64,000 nucleotides of DNA from Lama glama (taxonomy: Eukaryota), in assembly GCA_028534125.1 (NCBI GenBank), contig CM052817.1, forward strand, positions 71,488,001 to 71,552,000, given 5' to 3'. Numbering within the stretch: position 1 is the stretch's first letter; each line of letters starts with the position of its first letter. Below, piece after piece: positions 1 through 12,349 of this stretch. The translations under genes and the position numbers were made by a program. The notes beneath the pieces were generated by a model that saw only the letters and a program-made list of their open reading frames with translations, searched no databases and had not been told where the DNA came from.

Positions 1-3000
1 AATCCAGTTCTGACTTTAGTGATAGATTACATTGCTTGTAATTATGAATGTCTATATGATCCTCTCATTCTAGCCTAAGGGAAAAATAATGTCTCCTGAA
101 GAACCAAAATAAATAAATAAATTAAAAAAAAAATCTTCCCTCTATTTCTTTAGTTCTGGAATGAGAATTCATCCTCATGGACTGCTAGCTTCCTGGCAAG
201 GACGATTCTCTTTTTCACATGTTTTCTAAAGATCCCATCTTCAGTTCCACAGCTAGGGCAACAAAGTCAATCAATATAAACACGTAGAATTTGAGAATCC
301 CGAGGGACCAATCTCCTTGTTCTACAGAGAGGAAAAGGAGTGGGGGTGTGTGTGTGGGTTTGTGCGAGTGCGCTGATGACAGTGGTCGCTCACGGTCACA
401 CAGCTGCATGCTGCATGTTGGTCAAAACCAGCAAAAATTGCAATGGCTCGAGCAGGTGGGTAAACATAAATCAATTGTCTAGGTTACATCTGACAGGCAG
501 TCAATAAAGGGAACTGATATTTAAGTATAAGTGCTGTAAAATAAGTTGATTATAGCCTATATAAATCTTTCACTGCAGTGAAATTTAAACAATGCTTTGG
601 GTTAATTTAGAACCACACTTAGGCTTCTCCTAAAAGAGGGAGTCATCTAACAAGGCATTAACTCTTAACTCTTCAATTGAGCAACCAAAATTTTTCTTTT
701 ATAGTTGAATGTTACAATTTTTCCATGTTGCTCAGAAGATAAATTTTTCTTTAGCAAAGTGGGCAATTTAAGTGGATTGAAACTGTCTTTCCATTCTGGT
801 ATCTCTTTGGTAAAGGTTCAGTTACAGTCAAGATGAATAGTGACTTGCTGCTGGTCCACCTACTGTTCAGGGTGGACAGATGACTTCCCTAAAGCTTCAA
901 AGGAATCCAACAATACTTCACATTCTGGCAGGCCTCCATGGCTGGGTATAATGGTAACCCATTGTTTATCACCAGATAATTTTTAGATGGTATTGACTCT
1001 TCCTATTTAATTAGCCTTAAGTGCACACCTTATAGCATAACCTTTAACTGTAGGTGCTTAATAAATACTTTTCAGGATGGTGATTCCATAGCTATGTCTA
1101 TAAATTACCCAACCAATGATCATTCCCAACCAAATGAGATACTGACGTGCTTTGAGCTTGTCATGCTTGCATTTACCCTTTCCCCCACCTTTCATTTGTC
1201 AATGTAAAAAATGAAAATTAGTCCATAATTAATAAAAAATAATGGTCTTATTCTTTATCCTTGGAAAACTGCATTTCTTTATCATGCTGTCTTATTCCAC
1301 AATGTTCCTAGATTTTTTTTTCCATTCTGACCCAAACAGCTGCCTATGATTTGTATTTATTGTTCCAATAACACTTTTCAAAGAGTGTGTATATATTCAA
1401 ATGGGTTTTTTTTTTCCCCTGGGATTCTATTGAAACCAATACTTAGTAGCTGTAAACTTTTTAACACATCGAATCTCTGCCAAATGACTTGTACTCCTTT
1501 GGGAGTCAAGTTTACTTGTGAATGGCAAAACTTTCATATGGGTAGCATTTCAACATAGGATAATTGCTAATGAACACCCCGGGGAGATGGCCTGAGCTCT
1601 TTTATGTCAGTAACCTTGTTTTCATGGTGACTGTACATGTGTGAGGCATGAGGAGTTGTGAAAGGGAAATAAGCTGTGAGAGAGAAAAGGAAAGAAAAGA
1701 AAAGGAGACCTAAAAGCATCTCTCTCTTTGGCTGGCCTGCCTGGTGCATGGAAAGTTTTCACATTCTAAGTCGTAGAGTGAGAAATTGAGAAAGAATCCT
1801 AATCAGTGAGGCTGCAATTCTTAAGATTTCTCCTTTAGTTCAGTTGCTGATTCAAGTCAGCAAATAAGTCAACGGTCTGAAAGTAATTTTAGGCCACATA
1901 TGAATTGGAGACTGTGAGAAATTAATACACACAAACCTCAATTAAGTGAGTCTGGAGACTAGAGGGGGCGCTCTCCTGCCCTGTGACCGTGGCAGAGCTT
2001 AACAGGAAGAAGAAAGACTCCTTTCCTGACAAGAACTCGACCAATGAAAAGCCTTGGAGTCTGTTTAGCTCTCCCAACTTCCTTTCCCCCCTCCCCCTCT
2101 ATAAGAGGGCTCTCCTTCCCTTGCCTGTGGGGTACTTGCACTTGGCTTATCATGGTTGCAGACCCTGAATTTACAATTCTCGGCTAATCCCAAAGAAACT
2201 CATTTTGCTGGAGAAATATCTAGTCATCTATTTGTTTGAAGTCAACAAGACCCAGAGAAGGAAGGAAATACACTGCTTTTGGCAAATAAGACATTTAGTG
2301 GATGTGTATGGTGGTTATAAGAGTATAGAGGAAGGTTTTCTTGAGAGAGATTCTGAAAAGTATGCTCCTGGAGCTCTAGCCAGGGCTGGATTGTGTCACT
2401 TTGAGAATTCCCTCAGGACTTCATAGAGGCATTTTTCTATATTAAAAATTATGGAAACTTTCCAGCAGTTTTTATTCACTAGTAAATTATAACTAGGAAT
2501 TAACTCTGTGCCCAGAAATTCTGACAAAGAATAATTCTGTGAATAATGGAAATATGTCCATAATTAATGCAAATGGTGACTTTATAATTGCAAGACAAGC
2601 CATGAGGAAAGAAAAGTGTTATTCTAACCTGTTGTGTTTGACCCAGCAAACCAAATAATGTGTGATCTTTTGAGTCTGAGTTGCAAACTCTTCTGCTTCT
2701 CATGCTGCTTTTCCCTCAGATGCTAATTTAAAGATCACAGGTTCTTCTTATTTAAGTAGAGAAAGCCATTCTTTTGTAATTCAGTATTTCTACTGTCAAA
2801 GTAGGTCATGATCAAAGTAGAGTTACATGCATGCAATGGATTCAGTGACACAGCCACATACCCCTCTCCAGGAAAGTACTCTCCTCTTAGGACAGACCTG
2901 TTGTAATGCTGCTTGTACGTATCTACCAACCTACCTCTTAAAAAATCTTGATAAATTGTTTTCTTGTTGGTTTTCTTTTTACGATTGGAAATAGGCTCTT

Positions 3001-4011
3001 GGAAGGGAAAACTTTCAAAATGTGTAAGAACACACAAATACATGCAGCCCCATTTAAAACATGCCATCTCGCTCATACTTAAATTGGCAAGATACCGATT
3101 AATTGCCTTTGTTTCCTCAGATGTTTTTAGTTGATGAAAAATGCTGACATCCATCCATCCTTCCATTCAAAATGATCTTTTTCACTTGCAGTGTGTTTAG
3201 TATGCCACTGAATGAAGAAAAAAAAAAGCTATGTTGGAGCCTCTGCTAATTTAGTAGTGAAAAGACAGAAAAAAGTATGTGTTGGTGCTTTGAGGTGGAT
3301 CCTTAAGGCTATGGATGCATGGACAGAGGCAAGTGATTTGGGCTGGGGAGAAGCCATGGTATAAGCATGAGCTGAATTGGGAGTTTATCAGACCAGGTGC
3401 ATTGGAGTAGGGGAAGCCCATTTGGAAATGTAGGGTAAAGTCAGGGTACGTGGCATCCTGAAAGCTGCAGCAAAGTTAGGAATGCATCCTCAGCTCAAGG
3501 GTGCAGTAGGTTGTAAGGCAGGTGGCCAGTAATATGTTACTACTAATAATTAAAATATAGTACTGACACTTGTTGCTTACTCTGTTGTCTTTCCTTCTTA
3601 AAAAAAATAGATTCACACATGGGTATATCATTATGGGCCTTGGATGCAAGAAGGGGGAAGAATGATGGACAGTGATTCCAGAAAGATAGGTGGAGAATGC
3701 TGGTGTAAGCCATGGAGAGCACCGAAAATCCTGGAGCCGAGAAGGGGCAGAATAAAGAGATAAGCTCACAGGGAAACAGCATTAATTACTTCTATTCTAG
3801 AGGGCAGATACGGCTGAAGTTTGACTCTGCTTCTCTAAGTCAATACACTTGGGCATATTCCCCACGACCTACACTGCCAGCACCCATAGGGCAGGAATCA
3901 CTGAAGTGCATGTGTTTACTGAAGCAAGTTCTTTTGTAAGTTGCTGCTCTTCACGGGACTGACCAGATGGCACCTCCTCTACGTTTCATTCATTTAAGAA
4001 TGAATAGTTTC

Positions 4012-4528
4012 TGCATATGCCAGTCATTATCTACAAATTTTGAAATCTCAGTCTGTCCCTTCCCATGCCCTGCCCCCTTGGCAACCACAAGTTTGTATTC
4101 TAGGTCTATGAGTCTGTTTCTGTTTTGTATTTATGTTCTTTTTTTTTTTCTTTTTTAAGATTCCACACATGAGTGATCTCATATGGTATTTTTCTTTCTC
4201 TTTCTGGCTTACTTCACTTAGAATGACATTCTCCAGGAGCATCCATGTTGCTGCAAATGGCATTATGTTGTTTTTTATGGCTGAATAGTATTCCGTTGTA
4301 TAAATATACCACATCTTCTTTATCCAGTCATCTGTTGATGGACATTATAACAGAGTATACTGTACAGCACAGGGAAATATACACAAGATCTTGTGGTAGC
4401 TCACAGCGAAAAAAAATGTGACAATGAATATATATATGTTCATGTATAACTGAAAAATTGTGCTCTACGCTGGAATTTGACACAACATTGTAAAATGACT
4501 ACAACTCAAAAAAATGTTAAAAAAAAAA
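4012..4528. mobile_element. 5'-truncated, 5'-inverted (twin-primed) L1 insertion
   Basis: 4012-~4346 is L1 ORF2-end/3'UTR on the minus strand (ORF 4048..4314 MWYIYTTEYYSAIKNNIMPFAATWMLLE is the L1 ORF2 C-terminus). ~4347-4528 is the L1 3' end plus poly(A) on the plus strand. Flanked by a 16-bp TSD aagaatgaatagtttc (3996-4011, 4529-4544). Confidence 0.92.
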
Positions 4529-6546
4529 AAGAATGAATAGTTTCCTGTTCTAAGTATTGCAAATAAGGAGGCTAATCATGGCATAATTTCAGTAAAGCTG
4601 TGTCCTGAATTGTCATAACCATATGGTGCAAAGGTCAATTTTAATCCTACAGTACTGCATCTGAGAAAGAGACAAGAATATTTTTCTTTGTTTTCAAAGA
4701 CGTGGTTTAAATAACACTGATCAGAAAGAATCAGTCTCAAAAGGTAGACTCAAAGATTTGAGGATGGTAAATCAAAGAAAGAATTCTCTCCTTGAGGAAC
4801 GTTTCTTACCTCCTAAGAAAGAGTAAAGCTTCCACAACCTCTGAATAAAAATTTAGCCGAAAATGTATCACTGGTCTTCATTAGATAAACCTCTTCCCAT
4901 CTCAAAGCAAACTCTTAATGAGCTCTGCACTGACAAAATAATTCAGTTTCTGTTTTGAGAGTATCGCTCTCAATATTCTCACCTTGATTCTTTGGTCTTG
5001 ATTGTCACTTCAAGTTAGAATTTTCAGGTAACTGTCTTATATAATACATCAGCCACTGATAACTAGTCGTGGTAAAACACTGAAGTCTAGCAGTCATTTA
5101 AAAGACAAAGTTCTGAATAGAGAGACAATATGCAGAAATAGAATCCAGAAAGTAGTTTCATCAGCAATTCAGTTTCATTGTGCTAATTCCCTTCAAGAAA
5201 TGCCCTTTGTTCTAAGCAATAGAAAGCTTCCATCTGAATTGCCAATGAAGAAATGCTCACTTGCTAAGGTTATTTTAAAATATAATAAATATAATACAGA
5301 AAGCATAATATAATTCTGAAATGGATTCTATTAAATAAGAGCAGATGAGGGATTCTCCTGTCCCCAGGGTAAACTTTGCCTCTGACAGTCTTAAAATCTA
5401 CTATGTAATATAAGTGAGCTATTAGTGATTTTTTTTTTTACTGAATATGAAATTTTCTTGGACCAGAAGTTGTACAGCATATAATTATGGGCTTGTGTCA
5501 GGATGCAAGTTTTTAAAAAAGATCTTATCATCCACTCAAATGGTCGGCTGACCATAGAAATATAAAATTAAAAGTTTAATAGAATATAAAATTTTAAAAA
5601 TATACAAATAAAAATTAGAGTCAAAGACAAAAATCCTGTTTCCTCTTTGTCTTTATCCTGAAGAAGCTTTGAATGTTCTGTGCATAATAGATTTATCTGA
5701 GAGCTGGAGACTAAAATCAGAAGTGAAAAAACACTATAAAAAGCATATGATTATTCACAATGGAATGGAAATTGGATTTCAGGTTTACAAGATTAAATCC
5801 AATTCAGACATAAAATTTTCCCAGATTTAAATCAAAATGACATCTGCACGGATAGCTATATAAATAAGCATAAATATACCCAAATCTGAGAGCACTTTCC
5901 CTATACTTAAGAGCTTTTTAAACTGAAAGATGATCCCTTTTTGTTGCAGTCAACTACCTGCTCAAATTTATAAAAAATTTTAGTTGATGCTCATTGCTTC
6001 AGACAACTATAAAGAAGTTGGAAAATACTATCAAGGGAAACATTACATGTTTTCATTTAACTGCTGGGTAATTAAATGTACTATTGTCCTCAATTTCCCC
6101 TGGGTATATATTTTGAAAGGGCATTGGGGAAGCAATGAGAAAACACACCTCAAATGCTATTTCTGGATTAGGGAGAAAAGAGCTCATCGGCAGTGACGAA
6201 CGTTATTTCCTGGTGTAACTCATGGATATTTTTTGTCATCAGAATCAAGTTTACATTAAAAAAAAAAATTAAGCCTGAGTAAAAACTAGCAATGACAAAA
6301 AGAAACACATTAGCAATGTAGTAAAAAAGCCCTAGGAGATAGGTTTTTCACCTATGAGTTATCACCCAATTAGCCAACAAAAAACTATTGATTCCATTTT
6401 GCTCTTGAAAATAACCATATGGCAAGATTCTGATTAGGGTATTCACACTGCTCCTTCAGAATCTGACGCTCATTGAGTGACGTAAGAAAAGGCCCGTAGA
6501 CACTAGCTTTGAGAAGGCTGATAACGAGGAAAACTTACTGCAGAAA

Positions 6547-6870
6547 TTGTTACTTTTCTACTGCTAAAGTCACAAAATTCCCACAGGTTCAGTGGCGTAA
6601 AACAACATGAATTTATTGTATTATGGTTCTGGAGGTCAGAAGTCTGAAATGAGTCTTACGGGGCTAAAATCAGAGTGTTCCCAAGGATGCATTCCTTCTG
6701 GAAGTTCTGCGGAAAATTTGTTTCCTTTCCTTTTGGGGCCCACCCAGATATTCCAGAATGATCTCCTCATCTCAAATTCCTTAACCTAATCATATCTGCA
6801 AAGTCTCTTTAGTGCTGTAAAGTAACATTCACAAATTCCAGGGATTAAGACATGGACATCTTTGTTATTC
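6547..6870 (-). mobile_element. MaLR (MLT1-type) solo LTR fragment
   Basis: Typical MLT1 antisense motifs: ggttctggaggtcagaagtctgaaat, aacctaatcatatctgcaaagtctc, agggattaagacatggacatcttt. Confidence 0.8.
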
Positions 6871-7093
6871 ATTATTCATCTCATCGCATGGATTACCCCG
6901 AACAATAGTAAAGTCTAAAGCCGTGGGGTAAACCTTTCATCTTTATTCTCAGTTTGCTAGGTAGGTCCAAAGCCAGTCTCTTCCCTCTGACTCAAGAAAG
7001 CATTTTAGAATGCAAGGGGCTGAGAGTCACACGGTCACGGACTGTCCTGAAGCCACTCATAAATACATAAACTCACAAAGATCAGTACTTAAA

Positions 7094-7387
7094 ACAGAAA
7101 CAGACTCACAGACATAGAAGACAAACTTACGCTTACCAGGGAGGAAAGCGGGTAGAGAGGGATAAATTGGGAGTTTGGGATTTGCAGATACTAACTACTA
7201 TACATTAAATAGATAAACAAGGTCCTACTGTATAGCACAGGGAACTATATCCAGTATCTTGTAGTAACCTATAATGAAAAAGAATATGAAAAGGAATATA
7301 TGTATGTATATATATGACTGAACTATTATTCTGTACACCAGAAACTGACACAACATTGTAAATGACTGTCAATTAAAAAAAAATAAC
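7094..7387 (+). mobile_element. L1 3' end, 5'-truncated
   Basis: L1 3'UTR (gggataaattgggagtttgggatttgcagatac...gcacagggaactatat), A-tail, perfect 18-bp TSD caaagatcagtacttaaa (7076-7093, 7388-7405). Confidence 0.92.
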
Positions 7388-7689
7388 CAAAGATCAGTAC
7401 TTAAACTCTTATTAGTAACATAAGACTTATCACATTCTACCTTACAATGGACTAGGCACCAAAGCTTAGAATTTCTTCTAAAATATACTGCTTGTTAGAA
7501 ATTACTAATATGTATTCAATTTATCTCAACTGTTGCAGGTTCTAAAGTGCCATCTTACACTCCTTTGCAACAAAGATTATCTGGCCTATGACCATCCTCT
7601 GAATTTCAATCTTAAAATGCCTGCTATGGGCTACATCAAGCACATTTTCCTATTTGCAGCAATCCCATTGCTTCAGACTTTATCACTCT

Positions 7690-7945
7690 TATGTTAAATC
7701 CATCAGGAATGCGTCTTCATCTCAGAGGCCTAATGAATTACAGCATTTGACACAGATGGTAACCCCCTCTTTTTTGTGACACTTTCTTCCCTCAGTTTCT
7801 GGGACACTATATTCTCTTATTTCTTCTCCAGCTTCGCCATCTGTTCTTTGCTCATTTTCCTTTGTTGGCTTCCTCTTCATCTCCCCAGTCTTTAAATTTT
7901 GGAGAGCTACAGGGTCTCAATCTGTGGACCTCTTATCTTATCTAC
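7690..7945 (+). mobile_element. L2 fragment
   Basis: Pyrimidine-rich L2-like sequence (cagcatttgacacag...gacactttcttccctc...ctcaatctgtggacctctt). Confidence 0.6.
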
Positions 7946-7947
7946 TC

Positions 7948-8136
7948 TAGTGGTTCTCAAAGTGGATGATGATTTTGCCTCTCAGAAGCTATCTGTCAAC
8001 GTCTGGAGAGGTTGTCACAACTGGAAGGTCGGCTACTGGCAGCTAGTGCATAGAAGGCCTGAATGCTGCACAAGGCAACTCTCTACACAGAATTATCCAC
8101 CCCAAACGTCAACAATGCCAAGATTGAGAAACCCTG
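7948..8136. mobile_element. MER20-like hAT DNA transposon fossil
   Basis: Terminal inverted repeats tagtggttctcaa / ttgagaaaccctg and internal ggttgtcacaactgg...gctactggca...ccccaaacgtcaacaatgccaag. Confidence 0.8.
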
Positions 8137-9396
8137 GATGAGAGAAATATAAAGAAAAGAGATTAAGAAAAGAGAAGTCAGAAAACTCAACAGAGTGTGT
8201 GTTATGATACAGCTTCTAAAAACATATTCACTGGTTACATCACTTATGCTTCAGATACAGTCAGGCTGAATTGCTTCAAAATCGAATTACAAGCACATAG
8301 TAAATAGAGTAACCCCTTATTTCCAATCAGCAGTTCCATTTAAAATTGAAAACAAGACCAAACAACCAATTCAGGGCAATATTTCCCTTCACTTTTCTAG
8401 AATTAGGTTCACTTCTGCCTTCAGTGGAACCACAGTCCAGTTGCCAGTGATCAATTCTTTCTTACAAACTGTCCACAGTTCCCAGTGCTTCCCCTGCCAT
8501 GACAATATCCAGAAATGTACTTTCCAGTGTCTCTCCAGGCAAGGGAAAGGAGTCACCTGGAATGAAGAATAGTCACTTGCCAAGACCACCCCCTCTTGAA
8601 GTCGAATTCCAATTATTTCCAGTCACCCCTTTAGTGGAAGATCATTCCATAACTGCCTTCCCTAACGAAGCCCTGGATGGGGGCAATGCTGCAGAAGTAC
8701 CTTCGGCTATCAGGACTTACAACCCTTACATGGATCTTACACCTTCTTCCCCAATCTCTTCTAAATCACTACAGTGTGACAGTTTGATTATAAAAGTTTC
8801 TGTGACACAAACTTTCTAAACTTATCATCTTAAGAGTCTTATAAGAAAAGTAGGTGCTATCATATGCTGAAGTATGCCAACTGCAATGAACAAAATTAAC
8901 TGCACTGTTTTCTAAATCTTAACACACATTATTATTAGCGATGGTCAGGACTTTGCTCCCCTGCACTTGTGCCATGTTGGGAGACACTGATTCTCCTCTG
9001 ATGATCGTGGACCCAGCTGAACGAGTTCAACAGGAACCTGCTCTGTACTATATACATGTCCTCCATCAGTTTCTACAGAGGGAACCAGAATAAAACCTGC
9101 TGGAGAGACGCCAAGGCCAGTTTAAGAGCTTTTTATCTTTCTATCTGTTTACATCATTTCCCACCGAGGCTGTTTCTCCCCTGTCAATTGTAGGCTCAAA
9201 GCAAGGAAAAAATGACAAAAATTCCTTTTGAGGAAAATGTTTAATAGAAATATCTCAAGGTCTATTAAAAAAAAACACAGAAATTAAGAGCACAGCTCCC
9301 ATTTCTTCAGAAAGTGAAAGGGGGCTTTTTTTTTTTTCTTCTAAAGTTTCTTTTTACTATTAGGTTGTCTGACAAGAGTAATTTCTTCTTCACTTG

Positions 9397-9446
9397 AATG
9401 TCAGGTGAATCCTGAGACATGACAATGTCAGGTGAATCCTGAGACA
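9397..9446. repeat. Short tandem duplication (23-bp unit x2, period 27)
   Basis: aatgtcaggtgaatcctgagaca at 9397-9419 and 9424-9446, identical copies. Confidence 0.95.
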
Positions 9447-9912
9447 CGGCTGGGATTTATCAAGCCCGGGTGCCGAGAAAAGTCTCAAAATAGCAATGCC
9501 CTGAACATACTTTTCTTCAGACAGTTTCAGAAGGAAGTAAAAAAATGCTGAAGGAGAAGTGCATGTACCTGACTCACAGTTTTTTTGAAAGCCAGGAGGT
9601 TAATGTGTCTTCCTGTATTCCCAAGAGCACTCTCCTTAGGAATGTGTCCCTGAGACGACTCACAGTGGCACGCACATGCTATGTCAACAGACAGCCATCA
9701 CTCTGCAGTAAACCTGAGCATTTATTTTCTTTTTTTTACTATTCTTTTATACCTTTCTTATCTGTCAAGACCAATTTACTAAGCAAAAAGATTTGACAGT
9801 AAGAATATTCCTTTCTTAGCTATGCTTACATGGAAAGGTTTCTCTCCAAAAAAAGTAAAAAAAAAAGGAATTGACAAATGTTTATTCAAGATGCACCCTT
9901 CCGTCTAAAGCA

Positions 9913-10120
9913 TTTTTTAAACATTTTTTATTAAGTTATAGTCTTTTTACAAGGTTGTGTCAAATTCCAGTGTAGAGCACTATTTTTCAGTTATACATGA
10001 ACATACATATATTCATTGTCACATTTTCTTTCACTGTGAGTTACAAGATCTTGTATATATTTCCCTGTGCTATACAGTATAATCTTGTTTATCTGTTCTA
10101 CATATGCCTGTCAGTATTTT
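9913..10120 (-). mobile_element. L1 3' end fragment (same subfamily as the 4.0-4.5 kb element)
   Basis: Reverse complement matches the 4347-4528 segment (gcacagggaaatat..caagatctt..gtgacaatgaatat..ggaatttgacacaac). Confidence 0.88.
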
Positions 10121-10294
10121 TGAACCAATTTGAGAAACTCTAGTTGCCTGTGTGCTATAACAACATTTAGAAGTGTTTACTGGACATCCACAGTAAATCT
10201 CTAGTGTAAGAATTTACTGCTCTACAAAAGACACAAAGTTGAAGGCTGGCTTGGAATGCACTACTCCCAAAATGTTTTTTAGTTTGGTTAAAGT

Positions 10295-10525
10295 AATAAC
10301 AACTTGTTTAACTGAGCACTTACTATATTCCAGGCACTGTTCTTAGTGTTCCAAGCACTTCATACATATGCTGTCTCACATTTCAGAGAACCCACCATCA
10401 TGCCCATTTTGCAGACAAAGAAACTAAGAACAAAGTTAAATACCTTGTACAAGAACTCAGAGCTTTTAAATGACAGTGCTGGGTTTTAGCCAAGTATCAG
10501 CCCCTGTGCCCTTAACCACTACATT
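10295..10525 (-). mobile_element. MIR SINE
   Basis: Antisense MIR core cccattttgcagacaaagaaactaag, plus gagcacttactatattccaggcactgt and cttaaccactac. Confidence 0.75.
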
Positions 10526-11149
10526 GTGTTCTTATGTGGAATGTTTACTACTTCCCAGCTGGGCCTTTCAATAGTGGTGTATCATCACTTTTTCTACCTC
10601 CCTCTCACAGACCATCACTCTTTCTGACATTCATGAATGTAAATAATGATTTACACTTAAAATCCACTTATTCAAGAAAGTATTCCTTCCCTTAATTTGT
10701 ATTCATAAGGCTGTTGATTTTAATAGGGAGAAATAACTTGAAGATTAACTAAAAAACAATACCCTTGCTTAAGAGGTCAAAGTCTCCAGAGAATACTTTC
10801 CAAAGAGTTGCTGACTCTTTCTAATTTGATGTTTGCCTACTTTTTTTTTTCCAGGTGCTGACTGTCATATTCCCTGGATTATTTATTGGTTGGAGGTACT
10901 CTGACATATTACATAATTTTCCTTGTAATTTCTTTGTCATATGACACACTTTTCTGCCTTTGTGTCTACCCACTTACATTGATCTGTTCTGAAGTTCTAG
11001 CTGTCCAAAAGGACATGCCATTTCCCTGTGCTTTTGGAACCTAAAATCTAGTATTGAGAACTTATTGAGGACACATGGTCAAGACTATAAGGACATCTAA
11101 ACATTAAATCATACAAAGGCAAGTCCTTCATGTTTTCCAACCACCTTCT

Positions 11150-11660
11150 TTAAACAGAAGTATTATTGCTGTCATAATGTGGGTTATAGGCTCTAAAGGA
11201 AATCTGACATTCTCTCTCAGACTATGTCCAAATGCTTTCACATAATTCAAATGGTTTTACCTCTATCTTCTCTGAAATCGTCTTATAACGTCCCCTAGAA
11301 CATCCTATGCTGCAGTTACACTGTGATCTTCAAATGATATCAACCCCTCTTTGCGCCACCTTGTCTTTCCTCACACACGCCATCCCCACTGCCTTGAATG
11401 CTTTTCCTACCCATCCTCGTCATTTTGTTGGTCTCTGTGAGGATATTCCCTGACTGCTTCTAGGTCAAGTGGAGCATCCCTTCCTTCATCACCTCTGTGC
11501 TTTCTAGATACCTTTCACATACCTATTACCGAACTTAACTCCTTATATTTCACACATAAGGTTACGCTGTCTAATCCTGGCAGTTCCTGGGTAGGAACTG
11601 TGTCTTATTCCACTTTGAATGCCCAAGGTCTTATACCACAGTGTGGGCGCCTTAATGGAA
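11150..11660 (+). mobile_element. L2 3' region fragment
   Basis: gccttgaatgcttttcc...ccctgactgc...ggtaggaactgtgtcttattc, typical of the L2 3' end. Confidence 0.6.
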
Positions 11661-12349
11661 CTCTTGACATATGAATATACTGGATATTTTTAAAAATCCT
11701 GCATTTTGGAAATACTTTAAGGGAAAAGAAAAAATACTTTACTGGGAGACAATAGGAAAACCAATACTGAAGTCATCTATGAATCTGATGCTTCAAATCC
11801 ACTTGATTCTAAGCCTAAATAACAAAAATCCTTTTATTATAGGTTTGTTTTCCTTGGGAGCTGAAAGAATCCTACAAATTAATCTAAATTCCATTCTCTT
11901 GACTTTTTTTAAACCTCTCTTTGGAAATATGAGTATGTTTCTACTGAAGCACGCTGTTCCGGGAGTAGCAGTGTGACAAACACCTGCTCAGGAATGGTGG
12001 GAAAGCACCATCCCATTTCTTAAGTTCTTGCTGCCCAGAGACCAACGCATTGCTTTCTCAGTGTAATTGTCTGCATAAAGGAAGCAAAAGACAGCATAGA
12101 CAGCCCCAAAGTGAGACTGGTGCTGTGATGGGATCCCTTGCCACCTGACAACCATACCCTCACCTGCAATCAGCAGAATCTATTATTCACTGATGCACTT
12201 CCAGATAGACTGTGAAAGGCCAAGCTTAATCTAAAATCAAAATAATGCCAACATTATAATATTTTGATAAGTAAATATTTATTTTGATCAAGTTTATTAC
12301 ATAATTACAGAAAGCTCTAAGATACTACTGAATGCTATCAATGGGCAAA

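Noticed and set aside
568..583. Perfect 16-bp palindrome tttcactgcagtgaaa
   Set aside because: About one such palindrome is expected by chance in 64 kb (4^-8 per position).
1955..1975. CTCF-like motif actagagggggcgctc
   Set aside because: Only the 3' half fits the consensus; cannot be supported without a PWM score or ChIP data.
2735..3166. 143-aa minus-strand ORF
   Set aside because: No recognisable domain, low-complexity K-run, no convincing splice context; length compatible with chance.
4048..4314. 88-aa ORF as a host gene
   Set aside because: L1 ORF2 C-terminal remnant within the inverted L1.
9397..9446. CRISPR-like repeat-spacer
   Set aside because: Only two repeats with a 4-bp spacer, in mammalian DNA with no cas genes.
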